Shown here one piece after another: positions 37,859 through 46,292 of a stretch of 64,000 nucleotides of DNA (the first letter of the stretch is position 1; every line of letters begins with the position of its first letter). The position numbers and the translations under genes are program-made. Source of the stretch: Paludibacteraceae bacterium. GTDB taxonomy: Bacteria > Bacteroidota > Bacteroidia > Bacteroidales > Paludibacteraceae. The notes under the pieces were generated by a model that worked only from the letters and a program-made list of their open reading frames with translations, was not told the origin of the DNA and ran no database searches. The DNA is taken from the NCBI GenBank assembly GCA_045658785.1, contig JAZOVR010000013.1, positions 13,424 to 77,423 on the forward strand. The letters run 5' to 3'.

Positions 37859-40800
37859 TTATTTACAAACAAACTTATATGCTTGGTTATTCAAGCGTAG
37901 TACATATACACCATTTGGCAAGTGTGACAAATCAATTGTGCATGGCGCATGATGTATGGCGAGTGGCGATGTGATAGCCATACCACTAACTGTATAAACA
38001 GACAAAGTGCTATTTTGTGGCGCAGAGGCTATATACACTCGCTTATTATTCATCCACACTTGAGCAGAGGATAGCAAATTATCTACACTGGTTGTAACAC
38101 CACTTCCTGGTTCGTCATCAGAGAAATCTGGATACAAGAGCAGTTGGAAACGCATATCATTCATCGAATTAGGCTGTGCAGAGAAGGTATATTGTCCATC
38201 CTCTGTGAGCAAGAAAAGTGAATCTGCCTCTATATCATGGAGATACATATCTTGTCCAACAAGCGAATTAAAGGTGAGTGTATATTCGGTATCCTCGCCA
38301 GCAGCAAAGCCAATGAAAGTGCTATCAATTTGGTCAGCTACAGAGATTTCCATTTGTCCATCTACCTCATTTGTATAGATATTCGCTTGACCCTCCGCGA
38401 GGATATTTTTGGCATCATAGCCATTGTCGTAACCGCGAGTAGTATTCTCGTGCTGGATGACATACATACGATCTGCACCACTATTTTGGCTATTTACTTG
38501 CAGGCGCAGACGCATAAAGTTCTCAAGATCCTCTTGTGGCGCACGCATTGGGCGATTCATATCTTCGGTATTGGCACGGAAGACATGCTTGTTGTATTGC
38601 AGTTTGATCTTTCCACCGTTCTCGCCTACTACCACATAGACACCTTGCATAGGTGGAATAACCTTTTGTTCTTCACTTGCTGTGAATTCAGCACTGAATG
38701 GTGCAATGGCATAATACTGTCCAGCAGAACTACCATTTACCATGGTATTAGTGCTTCCGCCTTGACCTTGCCATTGTTCCCAAGATCCTGAATTGAAGAG
38801 ATAGAAAGTCTTTTCTATATCACCCTCAAAATCGTTGGTATCATCTGTAAACTTCGTCACATCAATAGGTGCTAAGTAGCTATTGACAAACAAGTTACCA
38901 CCTTCCATTGCACCTTGTGTATATGTCAAGTCAATCGTATGATCGCCATTGATTGGTTGTGCCGAAATCTTGTATGTCTCACTACCAGAAGCCGTGCGAG
39001 TTAGGGCATATCCTGCAAAAGGAGTCATATTGGTACTGGAGTAAACCCAACCTTCTTTTTCGCTCCATAGGTATACCATCACGCCGTCGTTTGACATTTG
39101 CATATTACTGCCAGGTGCTCCCACATACTGCCAAACTTGATCTTTTGCACCACCAGCTTTCGCACGTGTGGTGTATTGAACATTAATATTTGGCATTGTC
39201 CCTTCCACCTCTCGAGTAAAGTAAGGAGAAACACGTACAAAGCCAACACCATCTTGGTTATTGAGAATGGTGAAGTTATCTCTCGTAACTCCATCAGTAA
39301 ATCCTCCAGCATGGAGTGTTAATCCGCCTTTGGGCTGGATATTCACGCTACCACCCTCAGCGATGGTTACGCCATACGCTACTAGTTTTCCATTATTTAC
39401 AGTCATGTTTTTGGAGATAACAATAGGGAATTGTTTATCAGGAAGCTTACCAGTAGCTCCTTGATATGTCCAGTTGTTAGGATCATTCCACTCACCATCC
39501 TTTATATTAAAATAGAATGGTTCAGACAGAGTAGCGGTAATGGTAACTGGGATATTGACAACATCCCCTGCGCTGGTGTAGAAAGTGATGGTCTCTGTAA
39601 CGTTTGTTTGTGGATATGGGCTTTCGCCTGTAAGGGTGAAGGTGTAAGAACCATGCATATTACAGTCATTATTCACCTCTTGATTAGCAACAACTTTGAG
39701 TCCCAAATCATGGTTGTTACTAACTTTCCATTGCAACAAACGCACATTTGAATAATCAACAGAGAATGTACGCTCAAAAGGAACATTTACTATTGCATCA
39801 CTTATCTCAATAGATTCTACAGAAGGACGGATATAGGTTTGTTGAGGAATAGTGACACCATTGAAATAGATAGTTAATGTTGCCTCAGATTGGAAGCGAA
39901 CTCTCTTTGCTCCTTCTGGTACAGGACATGAATAATTCCAATTATATTGACTACCTGAAACCACTTCTTGCTTGTATTCTCCAATCCAATTATCTCCCTC
40001 CGACTCTGTGCTAAAAGAGATTACAAGTCGATTTTCGTAAGAACTAGACGCTGCATGCGCACCAAATGTCATTGTCTCAGCAGGCAATCCGGTAAGATGA
40101 TATATCCTAGTTCTTTCGTTACTATTTGTAGAATACCGATATACATAAGGTTCATTCTCAATTCTTTCCCAAATGAGCAACGAATTAGGATCACATGCAT
40201 CTGCGCCACTCACACGTATTTCTTTAATCTTGTAGGTAACATCATACATTCGTCCTTCAAACGAGCATTCTTTTGCAGTAGCAACAATATATCCATGTCC
40301 TTCTCCGAAGACACGCACGAAATATATACCTCCTTCTTCAACAATCTCCGCAAAAGGAGTAGAAGTAACTGCATGTAGTTGGTAGGTTATTTCACTTTCG
40401 GGATTAATCGTAGCATCCAATACTCGTTTTTCATCGATGAAGTCATTTGCATCGACTGCGAAATCTAGATAGGATGTATTCCAATCAATCTCTCTTTGGC
40501 AGTAAGGGACGTTAATTGTGACAGTTGTTGAGCAGGGTTTATGTTTGTTAGACCCTTCGAATTCAGCGGTTATAACTACAGAGCCACCACAATGAGCTTG
40601 CAGATAACTCTCTCCATTTTCTTCTACTATTGAAAGAATCTCAGGATTAGAGGAAGTCAATTTGATTTTTGCACCAGCAACTACTCCGTCGTTATCATGT
40701 AGGGTAAAAAGATTAGGAACTAAACCATCTGACTCTGAATAAGTGTCTTTACCATGATACTCCAACCACGTCTCTAATTTATCTTTCACATGACATTTGA

Positions 40801-42823
40801 CAGGTTGGGTATACGTCTTGTTACCGTCGTATGTAATGACGATGTTAGCTATCACATCGGTGTTAGCAACTGACGGATCAACACAAGTGACTGTGATAGG
40901 AGTTTTGCCATAATAAGCCGACGGAGCAGGTATGAAGGTAGGTTGTACCTTGAACTTGGTAGGGTCGTCCACTTCGAGGAAAATTCCCTCGTCATCACAA
41001 GTACTCCAATTAAGTTCGAAAGTATTTTCCGATGGAACACCTACAGCAGTTTCAGGAAGAACAAACACTTCATTTATTGCCAACTGTTGACCATTAACAA
41101 ATGGTTCGACGTATGTGGCTTGTGTCACGAGGACATTCTTTATAAAACGATTAAATGAACCATTACTATAGAATCTTACTTGGGTAGCATTACGGTCTAA
41201 TGTATAACGATGCCCCTCCCAACTCGTCCCAGGCATAAAATCATCTATCTTATGCCATGAACCATTAATCTTCTGCTCCACTTCTATATTACCCACAGCA
41301 GTAGCATTACCAATTCGTGCCTCAAATGAGAGTTGACCAGCAGGGGCATTCCATGACGATGGTGTATACGAGTTACCACCTGGAGCACTATATTTAACGT
41401 CATCAGGTGCATCTAAGACAAATCTCTCGCAACCATCGGTTACATTTCGTACACGGACGGGCATGGTGATTTCTGCTCTTTCGTATGTATCATCGCCGTC
41501 CAAAGTAGCTGTCACATATGTTTCACCTGCTCCAACAATGGTTAGTACTTTACCATTGACTGATACTACATTAGAATTAGCACTGGTATATTTGATAAGT
41601 GCTGTTCGTTCGGGTACTTCTTGCGTTTCCTCTGTCTCTACGTTAACAAGGATATGGGCTGTAGCAGTCATGGTAAATGGCGCATCGCCCGTCTTGAAAC
41701 GAGTGAGGTTGTCCGTCCATTTGATGTATTGGATTTTCTTCTCAGTTACTGTGATAGTTTTTGTACTGCTAATACTATCCCATTTTTCGTCACCTGCTTG
41801 CGAAGCTGTGATAGTGGCTGTTCCTGATGCCAATGCTTTGAAGCTTGCACCATCGTTGGTAATGGCAATTATACTTGTATTACTTGAAGAATATGTAACA
41901 GGTAATCCACTGGTTGCAGTGGCAGCGTCAGACACTTCTTTGCCTACAGGGATGGATGGTTTGTCTGCGGCAAATTTTTCAGACCAAACAATAGATTGAT
42001 TTTTCTTCAAACCTGTACCCGAGACAGAGATTGTGGCAGTAGATGTTCCGTCGGTTAGGGTGATTGTACCACTATAATTTTTTGCTTCGGATGGACAGAA
42101 GTAGATTGTGACGGTATAATTATCAATATTACCCAAATTGCTACCGCCAGCATTGCCTGAACCGCCACCAGCTGCACAGGCATTTGCGCCTACGGCATAC
42201 ACATCACCATTGGTGTTGGTTGAGGTCTTGATGCGGAAAGCATTGTCATTACTTTTGATAGTTATATTGCCTGTAGTTAAGAAAGAACGCAACTTGACCT
42301 CTTGTGCATTGGAAGTACCGTCGATGGTTACCTCTCCAAAAGGGATTGATTTAGAAGTAGTTCCGTATGTTCCGCCCTCTAAAAAAATGTGCTTTTTCAA
42401 AGGTATATACACATCATCAACATATACCTTGCGAGCTAAGTTTTTAGCAGCTGTATAGTTATATTTAAACTCAATAGAGTTAAAACTCTCACTAAACCCT
42501 TCTGCATATTTTGTTGTATATGATTGTTGGTTTCCACCTACAGAAACCGTTTTTCCGCCGACATCCAGTGAGTATTCTCGCGGATCCTGCCCGAAAGATG
42601 TTTCTGACATTTTTGTATTAAAAATAACCTTTCCAGAAGTAGGAGGGTAGAAACTACTATAACTACATATTTTGCCACCACTATCAGTTCCTTTACTTTT
42701 CTCTGAACCATCATAAAAGGAACACCACTCATTATTATAATATACAGGTTGTTGTGCCCAAGCATTAGCAGTTGCCATGAAGAGGGCAAGGAGGAGGGAA
42801 ATATGTCGTAAATTCTTTTTCAT
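37859..42823 (-). CDS. Giant cell-surface protein (Ig-like/Big_2-type domains) with T9SS C-terminal sorting domain
   Basis: 1654 aa with signal peptide MKKNLRHISLLLALFMATANAWAQ. Big_2-like segments (..ATSGLPVTYSSSNTSIIAITNDGASFKALASGTATITASQAGDEKW..). C-terminal ..LSVYTVSGMAITSPL...LSHLPNGVYVLRLNNQAYKFVCK is typical of T9SS type-A CTDs. Confidence 0.85.
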   Translation of the reverse strand: MKKNLRHISLLLALFMATANAWAQQPVYYNNEWCSFYDGSEKSKGTDSGGKICSYSSFYPPTSGKVIFNTKMSETSFGQDPREYSLDVGGKTVSVGGNQQSYTTKYAEGFSESFNSIEFKYNYTAAKNLARKVYVDDVYIPLKKHIFLEGGTYGTTSKSIPFGEVTIDGTSNAQEVKLRSFLTTGNITIKSNDNAFRIKTSTNTNGDVYAVGANACAAGGGSGNAGGSNLGNIDNYTVTIYFCPSEAKNYSGTITLTDGTSTATISVSGTGLKKNQSIVWSEKFAADKPSIPVGKEVSDAATATSGLPVTYSSSNTSIIAITNDGASFKALASGTATITASQAGDEKWDSISSTKTITVTEKKIQYIKWTDNLTRFKTGDAPFTMTATAHILVNVETEETQEVPERTALIKYTSANSNVVSVNGKVLTIVGAGETYVTATLDGDDTYERAEITMPVRVRNVTDGCERFVLDAPDDVKYSAPGGNSYTPSSWNAPAGQLSFEARIGNATAVGNIEVEQKINGSWHKIDDFMPGTSWEGHRYTLDRNATQVRFYSNGSFNRFIKNVLVTQATYVEPFVNGQQLAINEVFVLPETAVGVPSENTFELNWSTCDDEGIFLEVDDPTKFKVQPTFIPAPSAYYGKTPITVTCVDPSVANTDVIANIVITYDGNKTYTQPVKCHVKDKLETWLEYHGKDTYSESDGLVPNLFTLHDNDGVVAGAKIKLTSSNPEILSIVEENGESYLQAHCGGSVVITAEFEGSNKHKPCSTTVTINVPYCQREIDWNTSYLDFAVDANDFIDEKRVLDATINPESEITYQLHAVTSTPFAEIVEEGGIYFVRVFGEGHGYIVATAKECSFEGRMYDVTYKIKEIRVSGADACDPNSLLIWERIENEPYVYRYSTNSNERTRIYHLTGLPAETMTFGAHAASSSYENRLVISFSTESEGDNWIGEYKQEVVSGSQYNWNYSCPVPEGAKRVRFQSEATLTIYFNGVTIPQQTYIRPSVESIEISDAIVNVPFERTFSVDYSNVRLLQWKVSNNHDLGLKVVANQEVNNDCNMHGSYTFTLTGESPYPQTNVTETITFYTSAGDVVNIPVTITATLSEPFYFNIKDGEWNDPNNWTYQGATGKLPDKQFPIVISKNMTVNNGKLVAYGVTIAEGGSVNIQPKGGLTLHAGGFTDGVTRDNFTILNNQDGVGFVRVSPYFTREVEGTMPNINVQYTTRAKAGGAKDQVWQYVGAPGSNMQMSNDGVMVYLWSEKEGWVYSSTNMTPFAGYALTRTASGSETYKISAQPINGDHTIDLTYTQGAMEGGNLFVNSYLAPIDVTKFTDDTNDFEGDIEKTFYLFNSGSWEQWQGQGGSTNTMVNGSSAGQYYAIAPFSAEFTASEEQKVIPPMQGVYVVVGENGGKIKLQYNKHVFRANTEDMNRPMRAPQEDLENFMRLRLQVNSQNSGADRMYVIQHENTTRGYDNGYDAKNILAEGQANIYTNEVDGQMEISVADQIDSTFIGFAAGEDTEYTLTFNSLVGQDMYLHDIEADSLFLLTEDGQYTFSAQPNSMNDMRFQLLLYPDFSDDEPGSGVTTSVDNLLSSAQVWMNNKRVYIASAPQNSTLSVYTVSGMAITSPLAIHHAPCTIDLSHLPNGVYVLRLNNQAYKFVCK

Positions 42824-42828
42824 ACCTT

Positions 42829-42870
42829 TTTTAGTAGCGGCAGAGCCGCGGTTATGCGCAAAGCGCGTTA
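42829..42870 (+). repeat. Two small GC hairpins preceded by TTTTAGTA, immediately upstream of the giant gene ATG
   Basis: TTTTAGTA GCGGC-AGA-GCCGC GGTTAT GCGC-AAA-GCGC GTTAAT. Same build as the GTTTAGAG-hairpin elements. Confidence 0.6.
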
Positions 42871-42966
42871 ATACTATTTTCTCAAACGGAGGATTCGGTA
42901 CATCCTTATGCTCCGAGAGTTGTACAATTCGTTGTTATTGTATATTTTTCGTATATCTTTGCTATA

Positions 42967-43067
42967 CTTATCTTCTACTTATCCCCCGCTTATCTTCCGC
43001 TAATCATTCGGCGAAGTTCCTATGAGGTTCCGATGAAGTTCCTATGAAGTTCCTATGAGGTCACGAT
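42967..43067. repeat. Nine tandem 11-bp units in two sub-families, in strict helical phase
   Basis: First sub-family: CTTATCTTCTA / CTTATCCCCCG / CTTATCTTCCG / CTAATCATTCG (42967-43010). A GC junction follows. Second sub-family: GAAGTTCCTAT / GAGGTTCCGAT / GAAGTTCCTAT / GAAGTTCCTAT / GAGGTCACGAT (43013-43067). Confidence 0.9.
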
Positions 43068-43221
43068 GACGACAGGTGGTAACCAAAGGGCAAATCATGG
43101 GCAAACCAAAGGATTATACACTTTTAGCTTGTTGCTTTTAGGCTTAAAGTTATTAATCAAAAAGTGTCATTTATTAAGATTATAACTATACAAATGCATT
43201 CGTTTAAGCCAAAAATCGGTG

Positions 43222-43253
43222 CAAAATTAATATATTTCTACGGAATATGCAAA
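43222..43253 (-). promoter_or_regulatory. Best -33/-7 promoter candidate for the giant adhesin gene (about 390-nt leader)
   Basis: Minus strand reads TTTG(CATATTCCGTA), 20-nt spacer, TAATTTTG (plus-strand CAAAATTA 43222-43229, CAAA 43250-43253). I found no closer TAnnTTTG on this strand. Confidence 0.45.
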
Positions 43254-43333
43254 TTTTTACGCGCGTACATACGCGAATATAAATAGGTGAGATGTTTTTC
43301 ATAAAAAAAGTACATTTGGCGGGGGAAGCTCAT

Positions 43334-43370
43334 TGCCTGCGGCAGAAATCTAAACTATCTAAACTAAACA
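43334..43370 (-). repeat. Hairpin-element copy in reverse orientation
   Basis: Plus strand reads TGCC-TGC-GGCA GAAAT CTAAACTATCTAAACTAAACA, which on the minus strand is GTTTAG heptamers followed by a hairpin. About 20 nt (GAAATCTAAACTATC.AAA.TAAA) are shared with 31558-31580. Confidence 0.65.
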
Positions 43371-43448
43371 ATCGACAAGTGTGACATGGAAAGCAATACG
43401 TGTCAACGGGTATATAAATCCCAAAAAAATCAAGTTTATGAGAAATTG

Positions 43449-43480
43449 CTTGCATATTTGTAAAATTTTTCGTAACTTTG
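43449..43480 (+). promoter_or_regulatory. -33/-7 promoter of flippase-ribE cluster
   Basis: CTTG 43449-43452, 20-nt spacer, TAACTTTG 43473-43480. Confidence 0.55.
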
Positions 43481-43526
43481 CGGGCTGATTTGTGTGCTTC
43501 TCTCTGTGAGAGAAAAAAGCAGGGCT

Positions 43527-45038
43527 ATGAGTAGTAACCTACAAATGAAAATATTGGCCAAGGAAACCGCTATTTATGGCGTATCGTCCATTGTGGGCAA
43601 GTTCCTCAACTGGATGCTGGTGCCACTATATACCTATGTCTTGCAACAGCAGTCGGACTATGGCATCGTGACCAACTTGTATGCATGGACGGCATTGCTA
43701 TTAGTTGTACTGACATACGGCATGGAGACAGGCTTCTTCCGCTTTGCCAACAAAGAGGGGGAGAATGCGCAGACGGTATATACCACTTCGCTTATTGCGC
43801 TGTTTACCAGTTCGTTGCTCTTTGGTTTGGCGTGCGTGGTGTGGCAAGCACCGTTGGCGAATGCCTTGGGCTATCCTAGCCATTCGGAGTTTGTGGCATT
43901 GCTGGGTGTGACCGTAGCAATAGACGCCTTTGCGAGCATACCGTTTGCGTATTTGCGCTACAAGAAACGTCCGTTGCAGTTTGCTGCATTGAAACTGCTG
44001 TTCGTATTTTTGAATATCGCTCTCAATCTATTCTTCCTCGTGCTTTGTCCGAAGATACAAGACTGGGGGATTATCTCGGCGTGGTACAATGCTGACTACG
44101 GCGTGGGATATGTGTTTGTGGCGAATATCTTGGCGACTGCCATTCAAACAGTCTGCCTATTGCCAGCGGTTGGGGAAGGGTTTAGGAGTTTAGGAGTTCA
44201 GGAGTTCAGAAGTTCAGGAGTATTTTCTTGGGGGTTGCTCAAGCAGATGCTTCGGTACTCGTTGCCATTGTTGGTGTTGGGTGTGTGCGGCATCATGAAC
44301 CAGACATTGGATAGGATATTGTTTCCGTTCTTCTATGACGGAGCGGATGCGCAAGCGCAATTGGGCATCTATGGTGCGTGCTTCAAGGTGGCGATGGTGA
44401 TGATGATGTTCACGCAGGCGTTCCGCTATGCGTATGAGCCGTTTGTTTTTGCTAAGCACAAAGACAGGGAGTCCGTAGCCGCCTATGCCGATGCGATGAA
44501 ATACTATATCATCTTCTCGTATATGATACTACTGGGGATGATATTCTACCTTGACTTGCTGAAATTTATTATCGCTCCTTCCTATTGGGAAGGACTGAAA
44601 GTAGTACCTGTAGTACTTTGGACCTACATCTTCCAAGGCGTGTATTTCAACCTCAGTTTCTGGTACAAACTGACTGACAAGACCCAATGGGGAGCGTATT
44701 TCTCTATCCTCGGGGTGGTGATTACCTTTGCGCTGCAAGCCATCTTTGTGCCACGCATTGGCTATATGGCATCCGCAGCCAGCAGCACGGTTTGCTATTT
44801 GGTGATCATGCTATTGTCGTATTTTGTAGGACGCAAACACCTGGAGATACCCTATGATTTGCGCCGAATTGGCATATACACCCTGCTCGTAGTGGCAGTT
44901 TTGGCAGGATATTACGCTTTGGCACACTTCTTGCCACTCAATGAATGGATGAAGATGGGTATAGGCACTATACTCCTTATTATATATTGTGTATTGTTCT
45001 ATCGTTTGGATGGACGCACACTGATAAAGAAAAAGTAA
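43527..45038 (+). CDS. MOP-superfamily polysaccharide/oligosaccharide flippase (Wzx-like)
   Basis: About 14 TM. The N-terminus MSSNLQMKILAKETAIYGVSSIVGKFLNWMLVPLYT is typical of Bacteroidota polysaccharide biosynthesis proteins. I chose ATG 43527 over the GTG at 43494. Confidence 0.82.
   Translation: MSSNLQMKILAKETAIYGVSSIVGKFLNWMLVPLYTYVLQQQSDYGIVTNLYAWTALLLVVLTYGMETGFFRFANKEGENAQTVYTTSLIALFTSSLLFGLACVVWQAPLANALGYPSHSEFVALLGVTVAIDAFASIPFAYLRYKKRPLQFAALKLLFVFLNIALNLFFLVLCPKIQDWGIISAWYNADYGVGYVFVANILATAIQTVCLLPAVGEGFRSLGVQEFRSSGVFSWGLLKQMLRYSLPLLVLGVCGIMNQTLDRILFPFFYDGADAQAQLGIYGACFKVAMVMMMFTQAFRYAYEPFVFAKHKDRESVAAYADAMKYYIIFSYMILLGMIFYLDLLKFIIAPSYWEGLKVVPVVLWTYIFQGVYFNLSFWYKLTDKTQWGAYFSILGVVITFALQAIFVPRIGYMASAASSTVCYLVIMLLSYFVGRKHLEIPYDLRRIGIYTLLVVAVLAGYYALAHFLPLNEWMKMGIGTILLIIYCVLFYRLDGRTLIKKK
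44180..44219 (+). repeat. Intragenic 5 x 8-bp tandem repeat inside the flippase gene
   Basis: GTTTAGGA GTTTAGGA GTTCAGGA GTTCAGAA GTTCAGGA. It encodes GFRSLGVQEFRSSGV in the central loop between the two TM bundles. Confidence 0.9.
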
Positions 45039-45040
45039 TT

Positions 45041-45658
45041 ATGTTTTCAGGAATAGTAGAAACAATGGCTCAAATCGTGAAGATTGAGCAAGAACAAACC
45101 AACAAGCATTTCACATTGCGCAATCCCTATGGCGAGCCGCTGAAGATCGACCAATCCATCGCACACAATGGTGTGTGCTTGACCGTGGTGAAAATGGAGG
45201 GCGACCTCTACACCGTGACCGCGATGCAAGAGACACTCAACCGCACCAACCTCGGCGAAGCGAAAGAGGGCGATTGGGTGAACTTGGAGCGCAGTATGCT
45301 GCTGGGCGAGCGTTTGGACGGACATATCGTGCAAGGGCATGTGGATCAGACGGCGCGTTGCGTGGAAGTGAAAGAGACAGAGGGCAGCTGGTACTACCGC
45401 TTTGAATATGAGAGCACAAAGGAGATGGCTATGCGTGGCTATTTCTGCGTGGATAAAGGGTCGGTGAGTATCAACGGTGTGAGTTTGACCGTATGTGAAC
45501 CCGATGTGGTGGACGGCAAGGGATATGTGAGCGTATGCATCATCCCATACACCCATGACAATACGAATTTCAAGTATATCGAAGTGGGCACACAAGTGAA
45601 CTTGGAGTTCGATATTATCGGGAAATATATTACGAGAATGAATCAGTTGATGGTTTAA
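45041..45658 (+). CDS. ribE: Riboflavin synthase alpha chain
   Basis: MFSGIVETMAQI N-terminus. Duplicated lumazine-binding halves (..IAHNGVCLTV.. / ..SINGVSLTV..). I chose ATG 45041, 2 nt after the flippase stop. Confidence 0.92.
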   Translation: MFSGIVETMAQIVKIEQEQTNKHFTLRNPYGEPLKIDQSIAHNGVCLTVVKMEGDLYTVTAMQETLNRTNLGEAKEGDWVNLERSMLLGERLDGHIVQGHVDQTARCVEVKETEGSWYYRFEYESTKEMAMRGYFCVDKGSVSINGVSLTVCEPDVVDGKGYVSVCIIPYTHDNTNFKYIEVGTQVNLEFDIIGKYITRMNQLMV

Positions 45659-45690
45659 TGTTGAAAGTTTAAAGAAAAAAATAACAAGAA

Positions 45691-46275
45691 ATGGACAAAA
45701 TTAGTTATGCAATTGGCCTAAGCATGGGTCAGAACTTGATGGGAAGTGGTGTCACTTCCCTGGAATATGCTGATTTGGCAGCAGGTATCAAAGATGTACT
45801 AGAGAAAAACCAACCACAGATCTCTTACCAAGAGGCACAACAAGTGTTGGGTAAGTTCTTCAGCGAATTGGAAGAGAAAATCGCAGGCGAAGCAAAAGCA
45901 GCAGGCGAGGCATTCCTCGCAGAGAACGCTAAGCGCGAAGGCGTGAAAGTAACTGAGAGCGGCTTGCAATACGAAGTATTGGAGGCAACTATCGGTCAAA
46001 AGCCAAAAGCAACCGACAAAGTGCGCGTACACTATGAGGGTACATTAATCGACGGCACTGTATTCGATAGCAGCTACAAGCGTGGCGAGAGCATCACTTT
46101 TGGTTTGAATCAAGTGATCAAAGGTTGGACAGAGGGTCTTCAACTCATGTCTATCGGTAGTAAATACAAACTCTACTTGCCATACCAATTGGCATATGGC
46201 GAGCGTGGTGCAGGTGCAAACATACCTCCATACGCAGCATTGATTTTCACCGTAGAGTTGCTCGGAATTGAATAA
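45691..46275 (+). CDS. FKBP-type peptidyl-prolyl cis-trans isomerase
   Basis: 194 aa. FKBP_N-like helical N-terminus plus VRVHYEGTLIDGTVFDSSYKRGESITFGLNQVIKGWTEGL. Confidence 0.9.
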   Translation: MDKISYAIGLSMGQNLMGSGVTSLEYADLAAGIKDVLEKNQPQISYQEAQQVLGKFFSELEEKIAGEAKAAGEAFLAENAKREGVKVTESGLQYEVLEATIGQKPKATDKVRVHYEGTLIDGTVFDSSYKRGESITFGLNQVIKGWTEGLQLMSIGSKYKLYLPYQLAYGERGAGANIPPYAALIFTVELLGIE

Positions 46276-46292
46276 AAATAAACACTTTATAA

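Noticed and set aside
42777-43025. 82-aa ORF across the start region of the giant gene and the 11-bp repeats; also the 93-aa ORF at 61110-61391 across the ansA promoter.
   Set aside because: Both run through promoter or repeat DNA or into neighbouring genes, have no start-site context and have implausible composition.
43013-43056. GAAGTTCCTAT matches the first 11 nt of the 13-bp arm of the yeast FLP recombinase target (FRT).
   Set aside because: The copies are head-to-tail direct repeats at 11-bp period, without the inverted arms and 8-bp spacer of an FRT site. No FLP-like recombinase is present. I treat it as a coincidental match within a tandem repeat.
43494-43526. GTG-initiated extensions of the two flippase ORFs (43494 and 47618).
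   Set aside because: In both cases an ATG follows that gives the typical short cytoplasmic N-terminus before TM1. The 43494 extension begins only about 14 nt after the -7 box, and neither extension resembles the usual flippase N-terminus.
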